64,000 nt of DNA, from NCBI GenBank assembly GCA_028534125.1, contig CM052817.1:23314001-23378000 (forward strand), read 5' to 3'. A program made the translations under genes and the position numbers. This document shows positions 13,701 through 24,660 of this stretch, piece by piece (within the stretch, counting starts at the first letter, position 1; every line of letters starts with the position of its first letter). This stretch comes from Lama glama. Its lineage: Eukaryota. The notes under the pieces were generated by a model. The model did no database searches. It was not told the origin of the DNA and saw only the letters and a list, made by a program, of their open reading frames with translations.

Positions 13701-14504
13701 GCCTTGTTTCTGTTGATGAAGATCAAGATAATGTTGTTGATTCCTGTGTCTTATTCCATGCCTTTGTTTTCACAATTGGCTGGAGAAAATATCTGAGTAA
13801 TCGTATTCAGAAAGAGTGGTTAGTTGTAAATATTATACATGTATATGCCTAGAAAATGATTCATTGCTCTCAGACCTGAGTATTAGAATGACTGGATTTA
13901 GAAATTTAGGAATAATCTAATTTTCATTCAAAACATTGCAAATCATTCTTTCTGCTGACTAGAGGTCATGTGCCTTTTGCTTTTTGGCTCCATGCTTAAT
14001 CATAATATTATTGTCTTTTTACCTTCTCTCCTCCAATTTCCATATGGAGAACCCCAGATTTAGGTCAAGTCTCTTGCTTAACATAAATTCTTTTCATTTC
14101 TCTCCAATGTCTTTGTTGTCTTTTTAAGAAATTCTTTAAGATAGATTATTGGATTTTCTGGGTATTTATTATATCTTGGCTTCCACTATGAGTTCAAGTT
14201 CATTAATCCCATTTTCACTACTTACAGTTTGTGGGAAAACAGAAGCAATATAAATATTAAGAACCACACAAAGAAGTGAGACATCACTTTTCTGCTCGCA
14301 TCCTTGGCAAGCATCGTAGAAAACGAGTCTCTGAATGTAGTTTTCAGTCAGCAGCCACGTACCCTGCAAAAACTCAGTTACTACAGAGAACAGTTGAACA
14401 GATAGCTTTGACCACCAGCAATCTTTTACATCTCATAATTCTTAAAAGCTCATCCATATTGATGTATTTTAACTTAAATATAAGTTGAAACTCACCTCTG
14501 CCTT

Positions 14505-14730
14505 GGGCGACAGTTTAGTGCCGGGTACTTGGGATCTGGATTACCTGTGTTTGAAATAGCAAGGGCCATTAGCGGCTTGTAAAAGGGCAACTTACTTATC
14601 TTCTCACCACCCATGTTTCATCATCTGTAAAAAAGGAAATAATATCACAGATTTTATAATAGACAAACAGATTAATAAGATTTATTATGATGAACAAATG
14701 GTTAATATACATAAAAGTCTTAAAACCTTT
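14505..14730 (+). mobile_element. MIR SINE remnant
   Basis: Core motif gggcaacttacttatcttctc...gtttcatcatctgtaaaa. Confidence 0.6.
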
Positions 14731-14999
14731 ACCAAAGTATATGATTTATTTTATATATGATGTATGTTTGCCTGTGTAGTGTATGTGTGTATACCCACGT
14801 ACATAGTTGAACTGAACCTTTTTACCACTCCTAAGATGTCTGTGAGTGTTTATACATAGAAACTTAAATTTTTCCCAGTATCATTCATTTTTCACAATCT
14901 TGTACTCTATCTAGAAATTTTAAAACAGTGCCTTTTTATCTTCATTAAAATTGACAAAAATGTGATACTCAGAGCATTATCCTGTAAGTCCCTTATCTG

Positions 15000-15320
15000 T
15001 TAATTTCAGAGATATTTATTGAATACTTCATGTCCACACTTGGTGATAGCTACTGTCATTACTGTGAGTTAATACAGGGAAAGTCCTTGCTTTCATGGTT
15101 TATTTATATTATAGTTGATAAGAAAATAATAGGCAAATGCACACGTTAACAAATTAGTTAATTGTGGGTTGTGATAAATGTCTTAAATAAAAATAATAAT
15201 GTTCTGCAATAAAGAATAATGGAAGATACTTAGTTAGGGATACTCTGAGCAGGACAACTTAAACAGAGATTTCAGTTTCAAGGAGTCTGCCTCGGGAAAA
15301 GCCTGGAGAAGAATATACCT
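15000..15320 (-). mobile_element. L2 3' fragment
   Basis: atatttattgaatacttcatgtcc...gtccttgctttcatgg matches an L2 3' end in antisense. Confidence 0.55.
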
Positions 15321-16379
15321 CATAGAACCAACTAAAAACTCAAAAATTGCTATTACTATTATTTTTTTAAATGGCTTTCACACCATGCCCCTCTGGGGGA
15401 AATGAAGCTTTAGTAGAGTTTTTTTTTTTTTTTTTTAAAGATGAAGGGTGTTGCAGAAAACCAGAGCAAATTAAAATTGAATATACCATTCTCCTTCTAA
15501 AATATTTTCCCCTCACTCTTATGTATAATAAATTTTCCCCTTTTCTCTCTTTTCTTTTTTCCCTATAATTTCTGATTCCTGATTGTGCAAATACAATTTT
15601 CATACGAGCCTTGCCTTTGCGTTAGGAATATAACTTTCTCTTCTCAGGTAACTTATCTTGGTTCAGGTTATCCTTTGAACATGAGTTCAGAATTTAACAG
15701 TTAAAATATGTCAACAGAATAATTTTTTCTCAGCAAGACATCTATTCTAACATAGAGGCTTTAAAATTACAATAAAAATACCACATAGAAAAATATATTT
15801 TCTCAACTTCATGGGTGTTTCTTAATAAAAACATTTCTTGTTAACTCTAAAGATTGAATGATGATAAATTCGAGAGGTCTTCAGAGATTTCTTTAATAGC
15901 TACAGTATCTCAAACAGTAGAGCTGTTTATTCATTTCCATGGCAGACTGAAGTTCCAAAATGTCTCTCTGGTCTTGATTTTTATTGCAGCATGTGTTGTG
16001 AAGAATCAACTGAGGCTATTTTATTTTCCAAAAAGAATTAAGACTCCAAAAGGGTAAAATTAACAAAAATTCCTATATGCAAACAAAATAGCAGAACATT
16101 ACAAGCAGTTACATTTCAAAAACAGTATCTATAAATCTGAATTCAATTTCAAACGACTTCCAAAGTGGTCTCCCTTCTAGTATTATCTCACCATATACAT
16201 GTTGTCATTAAGGGACAATGTATTAAGAAGGAAAGACAGATTAACACGTTTCGAGCTGCTCCTTTATGTGAGGCATGATGATAGGTGTTTGGGTGAATGC
16301 ATTCAGAGAAAGAAACCTACTGCTCAGACATCAGAAATAAGAAAACCGAAGCTTAGGAGCATAGCATTTTTCATTAATT

Positions 16380-17260
16380 TAAAAATATTTAATAAGAATC
16401 TTTTATTTACTAGGCATTGTGAGAGGCACTTGGTAACCAGGACTGACACGTCTGCTCTCACGGAGTTTACTGTATGGAAAGAGTAATGAGACATTAATAA
16501 TCAATGATATTACTCAATTATAAACAGTGGTATGTAATATAAAGTTGTGAATGGTGCTGTCTCAGCCTGACAAAGTGTAGGGGTTATGAAACCTCCCCTA
16601 AAAAATGAAAAATTGAATTGAGAGATAAAAGATTTACAGAAACTAACTATTTACTAAAGGGTGGTGGATATATTGTAGGCACAGAGAGTAGTGCCTGACA
16701 GATGCCTGCAATGGAATAAAACACAATTGACTTAATGTTCTGAAAGAGATAGTGTGGTGTTGCATCCAAAGAACGAGTATAGATGTTAGAAAAGAGAAAT
16801 AAGACTAAGTAAAACATGTAGGATCCTTAACCAATTTTTAAATAGTATTTTTTTCCTAAGAGAAGGGAAATTAATTAGAGCACTTTATGCATGAAAAATC
16901 AAGTTAACATGGAAAACACTCTCTCTGCAATTTGGGGAGTGGTTTGGAGGAAAATAAAATTGAAATTGGTATACCAGTTTTGAAGGAGGTCCAAACAAAA
17001 GTTGATAGTATCCTGGACTGTGAAAACAGCAAGGAAAGTAAATACATATAAGAAATACAGAAGAGGAAAAGAGCTGCAGAGTATGGGAATAAAAAGGTGA
17101 AAAATCTGAGAATCCATTTCTTAGATAATGACATTCATGTGTCATGCATTTTGGGTTATGGTATATTTGGCATCAAAGTCTTCAATGAATGAGGTGCTTA
17201 GAGGTTAGGTAGAAAGTAGCACTGAATAAGTAGAGAGGAAGTATAGTTGAATAATTTAAC
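16380..17260 (-). mobile_element. L2 fragment
   Basis: ctaggcattgtgagaggcacttgg...ctgctctcacggagtttac, followed by purine-rich L2-like sequence. Confidence 0.55.
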
Positions 17261-17596
17261 TTTTAAATGATTAGAGACTTTGGAAGGACAGGGAGTGTTT
17301 AGTGGTTTACATACCACAGCTGGAGGCAAAAAGAGCATCAATGTGACACAGGTTTTTACAGATTTAGTGCCCAATTAATTCACCATGTACTGAAGGCCTC
17401 TCATTCTCCACTTCACACCAGCTCATGCCAGATTCTGACCGATTCTAGGAGACTGACATTTATTCCTCAGTGAACCACAGACTGTGTTCATATGGACATG
17501 CATTAAAGAAATGAACACCAGAAAGCATACTGCATGTCAACAATGGTGTGAATCACTGGAACACAATAATATGAACAAAGGAAACATCATCCCTAC

Positions 17597-18022
17597 TGTC
17601 AGCCAAGGGAGGCTGATGTGGTGTTCTAGGAGGTGAGCGGCCCAAACGAAAAAATGCACGAGGAGTTGCCATACCGCCAGACAGACTTCAGCCGGAGACA
17701 CCATGGAGTTAACAACACTTTATTGCCACAGGGAGGTGCGCGCCTATGATGCACCTGTCCTGCTTTTATCTGTTTTCTGTCAGCACATGCGCAGTCTGAG
17801 TTTCTTTGTTCATTAGGCTTACAGAATATCTCTAGCATGTGCGTACTTCTATTTTCTTTGTTCTACATCTTATATAATTGACACATGCGTGAAGCAATTA
17901 TTTACTGCATACTATAAACATGCTCTGATCGTGGCCTTGGGTCCCACGGCTGTAACTCATCTCAATGCTCCGATTGTGGCCTTGGGTCCCACGGCCTTAA
18001 CTCATCTCAAGACCAGCTCACA
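17597..18022 (-). mobile_element. Young endogenous retroviral solo LTR (426 bp), family unrecognised
   Basis: TG...CA termini with a perfect 5-bp TSD, cctac (17592-17596 / 18023-18027). Minus-strand AATAAA at 17719-17724. About 14 CpGs. Internal 2x45-bp repeat. Confidence 0.88.
17920..18009. repeat. 2 x 45-bp tandem direct repeat in the LTR U3 region
   Basis: atgctctgatcgtggccttgggtcccacggctgtaactcatctca / atgctccgattgtggccttgggtcccacggccttaactcatctca. Confidence 0.95.
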
Positions 18023-18049
18023 CCTACATATTCAGAGTATATAATCATT

Positions 18050-18220
18050 TTCATTGTATCTTGAGATGTGCATAAAAATTCCCTGGGTAACTTATTTAAA
18101 ATGCAGACTCTTGAGCTCTTTGTTCACTGATTAAATGTACCAGGCAGTGGAAAAAGAAATCTGCATTGCCACAAGCACTTGAGTTGATTTTGGTGCCAAT
18201 GGCCCAGAGAAATCCTGAAT
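18050..18220. mobile_element. MER5-like hAT-Charlie MITE remnant
   Basis: ctgggtaacttatttaaaatgcagactct...gaaatctgcatt...acaagcac. Confidence 0.5.
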
Positions 18221-20392
18221 TAGTGGATGAGTCTCTCCAATAGGACAAGAAAAAAAATAGCATAAAATGTATTTTTCTTGTTCTATTTTGACCAAAATGT
18301 ATACATGTTTTTTCCTTCTCTTTTTAGAAATATTAAGTCCCTGGTGTTCAAGAATGCAAAAAATGTTGTTAGTAGTCTCTGCACCGTCCACTCAAGGGCT
18401 CCCAAATTTTGTAGGAGTCATGTGAGTGACACTTACCTCTTGTATAGAATTGCTGGGAATGGCTTAAACTAATCAGTGTGATTCAATTGGTAGTGAGGAA
18501 GTGACCTAGATGGGACACATAAGAGAGAATTGCGGATTTTTTATTTTTTGTTAATGTTTAAGTAAAGGCAGTCTCTCCCCTGGATGGAGGATGGAGTGAT
18601 ATTCATTTCTGAGTTCCGGAATATGTAAACATTTGGTCTCCATGCTGTTCGGATGAATCAGAAACAAGTCCAGGAAGAAAAGCGAAACCGAGAGAATTTA
18701 ACCTGATACCCTTAATTTTGTCTTCAGCTGTGTAATCATATAATCCCCTACTTTTTCAGCCAATTGGCTGTTGTCATTGATAATAGGCAATAGTAATTTA
18801 GAGTTTTGGACTCTGTGTTAGATTTTTATTGTCCTATGAGTCTTCCTAAATCGTAAGAATTAGGAATTCTTCCTAACTCATAAAATGCACCAAAGAATTG
18901 CTTGAATTATTTTTACCTTTTCTTATTCTTCCTTTCATTCTTACTTAACTAGTTCCTCTTTTACAGTAATAGTCTACATTAGGATAACAAAAATTAGCTA
19001 GTTTTTGGGATCAAACAACAATATACTCTAACAGAAGACTGTGATTTTTTTTTAAATAATGCATATAAATCTGTTGTCCTATAGAAATAATTTTTTCTTA
19101 TCAGTACAAAACATTAACAATTTATCTGTCACTGAAATGGTCATTCTGAAGTTAGATTTTTTTTCTCCATAAGTAGCTGACCTGTATTTTCAGTTTGAAT
19201 TAAAAGTTATTTTCAAATGTAGCTTGACTGTTTTCCTGAAAGTTGATTTTTAATAAATTATGACAGGTTTCTCATTTATTGATTATATTAATGTCTTAGC
19301 TTGCAAAGTGGCATCATTATTAAATATGAGAAGACAAAATCTTTTAATTTAAAAAGAGAACTTTTTTCAGAAAGCATAAATGAATGGATTTTTAATATCA
19401 TTAGATATGAATATTATTATAATATTTATAAAGAAGTTTCTCTCAATTTTGGTATTTCTCAGACTGAGAGGCAACTATAACAGCTTTAAAATAAGAAAAA
19501 AATATATTTCCAAACATCTTTGCAACCGTAAGTTACTGAACTTTGAAACTTCCATTCTTTACATCCACTCCTCTAGAATCCTTCTCATCTTTATTCTTTC
19601 ATTTTCCCATATTTTTACCATCTGTTCTATCTTCTGTATGGAGTTAATAAGGATTCTACTATTTATCTATAAGAAATACCCACATAATTTTTTTATCTTG
19701 TCATTCTCAAATGAATTGTCTGAATAATCACTAAGAATTCTTCTGAGTCATATATTTGAATATGTTTTTATATTTAATAAGTGATAGGTTATCCTCATAA
19801 TTGGACACCTTTGTAACTCTTGTATCATATTTCCTTAACCTAGATACGTCAGCAATATCTACTATAAGTGGTTCAAAAAATTACTCACCACTCTCGTTCT
19901 TGTTTCTTGGCTTGACATACACTATCTTTTCTGCCACCATTGAACTTTCTTCAAAACATAACCTTTGCCTAATTAAAGCCTACTCATGAATTAAACTCAA
20001 ATTCAGTTGCCATTTCTTTCAGGAGGTACTCTTCAGTGGCCGCTTGACCAAAAAAAAGAAAGAAAAGGCTTGGATATTCTTTCTTTCTGCAAAATTCTGT
20101 GAGGCGAACCATAGTATTTCCCTTACATTAAATGTTGGTAGACAAATCAAATTATATTTATTAATTTATTAAAAGTATTGTGGAGCTGTTCCTGTCATTC
20201 CCTATCCGTTCCCCACTGGTTACCAGTATATAGAAAGTGTTCTTGTTTGGTAGAAGCAGGGGAGTAGCTCTAGGAGTCTTCTTGGTTAAGGGATAAGGTT
20301 GAGAAAACTGGCCCTGGAGGGGTAACAGAGCCTCTAGAATAACTGAGGAATCTGAGGGACATTCCACAGGGAGCTTTTAAGCATAAGCGCAA

Positions 20393-20840
20393 TGTAGAGA
20401 ACTGAATGGTGCCCCCCTCCTCACAAGGCATGCCCATGTGCAGTCCCTGGAACCAGTGAACGTGACCTTATTTGGAGAAAGGGTCACTGCAGTTGTAATT
20501 AAATTAAGGATATAAATGAAATCATCCTGGGTTATCCAGGCTAAATTCAGTGTCAAGTGTTGCTATAAATGACTCACAGCGGAGAAACACGGGGGAAGGC
20601 TGGAGAAAGCCATGTGGCAGTGGAGGCACATGTTGGAGTTAGCCAGAGATCACCTAGAGCCACCAGAACCTGGAATTAGCAAGGAAAAACACTCCTCTAG
20701 AGCCTTCTCAGGGAGCAGAATGGTGCCAACATTTAAATTTCAGATTTCCAACCTCCAGAACTGGGAGGTAATAAATTTCTGAGATTTTAGGCCACCCAAT
20801 TTGTGGTTATTTGTTACAGCAGAACTAGGAAACCAATAGA
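20393..20840 (+). mobile_element. MLT1C-like MaLR solo LTR inserted in an L2 remnant
   Basis: Begins tgtagagaactgaatggtgcccc and ends gttacagcagaactaggaaaccaataga. TSD cgcaa/agcaa (4 of 5 match). Confidence 0.85.
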
Positions 20841-20891
20841 AGCAATATGATTGGATTTTGTTTTCTAAAGGTCACAATGGTAGATTCTAAA

Positions 20892-21472
20892 TGAGCACAA
20901 ATATAACCAGTGACAAGATGGCCTTAATCTCTCTCTCAGTTTGGCTAAACTTTGGATAAGTTTCCTCCTGACTCTAGGCCTCTGAATTTACTTTTTTCAT
21001 AACTTACTTTAGAAAACGTGTAATTGCAGATTCTTTCTCTGTCCCTTGGAAATGTAAATCATTTTAAAAGCCTCTTGCCAGTTTTGCAATGCAGGGGTGT
21101 CTTTCTCAAGGCCCTGGACACTATCTCTTTGAAATGGAATTTGTCAAAGATAGCTCTCTGTGCCCCAGTAGGAGGGTAGGAGCCTAACTTGGGAAGATGG
21201 TGAGTGGCCTTGCTCCAAGTTGCAAAACTACCTCCTATCATAAAATTATGGGAAGTTTCATGTTCCTTTGACAGACACAAATGATCTAACATCCTCTGGT
21301 ACTTTTCCACTCATGTACCCCAGACTTTAAAATCCCTACTTTCTTTTGCTTCAGCAGATTTGGGCTCAGACTGAGTTCTCACATCTCTCCCTTATCGCAG
21401 GAGCCGTAAGTAAAGTTGTCCTTGCCCGTTTGGCTTTCTTCAGTCCCAATTTTTGCTTTTGCTTTGGTACCA
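20892..21472 (+). mobile_element. MER34-like ERV1 solo LTR
   Basis: aaaagcctcttgccagtttt...tgtctttctcaagg...atctctttgaaatg...ggagggtaggagcctaactt. AGTAAA poly(A)-like signal near 21409. Start approximate. Confidence 0.7.
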
Positions 21473-22614
21473 GGAACACTAGTACTTGTCCTGTTGCCAT
21501 ATCTGACTACAAACACTTAAGGGTATTAACTCTGGGGATTCAGACTAGAAGTCCTGTCCAGCCTTGGAGAGAAGAAGTTTCCAAGTCAAACTCTTGAACT
21601 TTCACGAAGTATGAGTCCTGTTATCACTGCCTGTAGCAAAACTCATCATTCAGTAATAGACCAGACTGGAGCTGGAAATGAGGGAGCAAAGTGTGATATC
21701 TGGAGAACGCAGGAGGAAATCAGCATATATATAGTTACAGAAGCCTGGGAAAGCCTCTGTCCTGTGGTAGACAGCAGGAGCTCAGAGACTGAGAAAGAAG
21801 CAGGTTCACAGCAACTTGCATACCTGTTCTCTACCTTACGTGGTATCCACTGTAAGTTGATCTCAGCTCAGGTGGAGCTCTACCTTTCTTTATTCATGGC
21901 CAGGAAGGCAGGGAGAATCTTTCATGTCAGGTACGCTTGCCCTGTTCAACTTAAAAACCTGGGAAGGCATCACTCTCAAATCTTTATTCTGCTTTTTGTG
22001 CAGCATTTACTAAACTGTAAAACTGAATCTGAACAGAGAACTTATTTCCCTTTACTATGGAATTGTGCTTAATGGTTTTAAGCAGAAACAAATTGTAAAA
22101 CATTTTCTTTTTTCATGTGTTGAGAAGACAAACACAACAGGATCATAGTTTTGAAAGTATAAACCCAATGGAGGTTTTTCATTCATTTGTTCACTTTTAG
22201 AAAAGAAGAAATACATTAATTCATAGGAATTCAATTAGCTAAGAATTGTTTTTATAGCTTCAGGCAAGTCATGATAGAAGAGAAATTCCAAAAGTAAACT
22301 AAATCAATGATTATGAAATCAGAGTCAGTGAAGGGCCATAGTTTTAGGAGATTATCTAATGACTAACCTACATGCTCTTAGACTGAATAAAGATTTCCCA
22401 GATTCATAAAGAGGAAGCAGCAAGCTTCTTGTGAAAAATTTTCCCTTGGGTCAGAGTCTGTTGATTAGCATATTATACAATCTTCCGTAATGCATTATCT
22501 GTTATTCTGTTGTTTTTTTTTAATTGTTCAGCAGAAATTCAAAGAAACTTTATATGTCAACCTAAGGATAGAATTATTTAAGTTTTATGATTTTTCTTAT
22601 CTTTTTTAGTTGTC

Positions 22615-22790
22615 TAGAACCTTGATACTTGAAGTGCGTTCCATGAATCAACAGTATCAACATCATCTGGGAGCTTGTTAGAAAAAGAGAATCTCAGGTC
22701 CTTCCCCAAACCTTCTGAGTTAGAATCTACATATTAACATAAACTCCTGGGGGATTTGTATGCACATTAAATTTTGAGAAGCACTATGCT
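22615..22790. mobile_element. MER5A hAT-Charlie MITE
   Basis: catcatctgggagcttgttagaaa...aatctcagg...tgcacattaaattttgagaagcact. Confidence 0.8.
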
Positions 22791-23959
22791 AGAGGTCGTT
22801 TCCAGATTTTATTCCTTAGATCCTCGGATTCAAATGTTCGAAGCATTTTATTTTGGAAGTAAAATTTAAAATTCTCTTTAATCCTCTCTGAGGACCGCAT
22901 AACATATTAACAGTTTTTAATTCTACTACATCATATGTGTATGTTCCTAATAACCCAAAATAATCAGGGTTTCTGACTGGGAGTATACTAGCCCACCCAG
23001 ATAATCACTTAAACATAAGTTGCACTTCCCAATTTCCACCTCCCTCCAAAACCAAGCTTTCATATTTCTATTTAGTAAGTTGAAGAAAACCAGTAAAGCC
23101 TTGAAGGAGATCCCTAACCTTGGAAATTGAGCATCTGTCTGCCACGTGGTAGACAGGTTCTAGCCTGCGAGAGATGAGCTGAGCCAGATTTCTGTTCAGA
23201 AGCTAAACCCTACAGGTGTGAATGCTTTCATTTCAGTCTTGCTTGTCAACTACAGATTCTTTTTTTTTGTTTTTAACAAACTTAGTATCAGTCTGACATA
23301 CTATGTTCCCAAATTATTAATCACAGCACTCCTGATTAAAATTTGCTACTTTGAGCTGCAGATTATGTATCATTCATCTTGATGAGCAAGTTTGAATATT
23401 GGTCTCATGTGGGTCTACTCTGAAAAATTTCTAACTGCATAGTTATTCATATGGTTATCATGAGAATACCAACATTACCCCAAAGGCTCAAGCATAGCCC
23501 TCTCCCCACAACGTGAACACACACACTCATTAGAATTTAGTGTAAAAACCAAATTATATGTCTAACGGATGCACATTATACACACTGTGTAAGTATGTTC
23601 TGAAAAGCTGGGATTAAATTTATGAGATTTCTGTATTTAAACAACAAAAATTTCCATTTTAAATGCACAATGAAAATAGCAAAAGAAAAGACAGGAATAG
23701 AGAGATGTTTCAAATTTTCTGTTTAATTTTATTAACAAAAATAGATTTGATAATAAAAATTATTGAGTACTATGTCTTTAATTTTAAGTGAAAATTGAAA
23801 TATTTCTATATTAACCTTACGATATAATCCTTTTATTTGTATTTTTTTGTCTTCTACAGTTGTCCACTATCTTGATACACAGAATATGATAAATCTTTTA
23901 CATTCATTATCTAATTTAAAGCACACAAGAATGTTAATATGCCATATCAAGGATATCTT

Positions 23960-24660
23960 CAAAATATATTCAGAATTCAATTATTTCTCTACCCTTACTA
24001 TCATGATCCCAGTCCAAGCAATTGTAACTTCTCACCTAAAACACCTTCATAAACCCATACAGGTCTCCTTCTAAAATCCTCAACTCTCTAGAGTCCAGAA
24101 TTTCCTCAGTGCCTTAAGGTACTGTCTTCAGTTTTTCATTTAAAGTGCATTAGGCAAAAACTCTGCTCAAAAGATTTCAAAGATTTGTCATCACATTTGG
24201 ACTAAAATTCAAATGATTTATCATGGCTTATGGTTCATAAAATTTAGTAATGACTATTCCACAATTTTCACCATGTTTTTGTCCAAATCTACCATATTTC
24301 TTTCCTTAAATAGTCCAAGTTTAGTCCGAACTTTGGGTATTTCCAAACATTGCTTTTCCTGGCTCAAATTTACTTCCAGTATTTTCTCTTACATTTCATT
24401 GTAGTTTCTATTCAACTGTTATCTCTTCAGAATGGCCTTATCCAACTACTCTAAAATACCTTTCCCAATTCTAATCCCTTTACCTACTTTGCTTTTTTTT
24501 TTCCTTGAGAGCACCATGTGATAACTACAATTGTATTATGTATTTATTTAAGTGTATGGCAATTTTCTGTCTATCTCTCTGGGATGTAACTCCATGAGGG
24601 CAGGAATTTGCCCCCTTTATTCATTGCCATAGCTTTCAGTTGCTTAAAGCATTGCTATAT
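23960..24660 (+). mobile_element. L2 3' portion
   Basis: Pyrimidine-rich L2-like body ending tgtaactccatgagggcagg...ttattcattgc. Confidence 0.6.

Noticed and set aside
21611..22072. 153-aa ATG-initiated ORF just downstream of an ERV1 LTR
   Set aside because: I see no gag/env-like or other recognisable motif and no PBS after the LTR. It is most likely a chance ORF.
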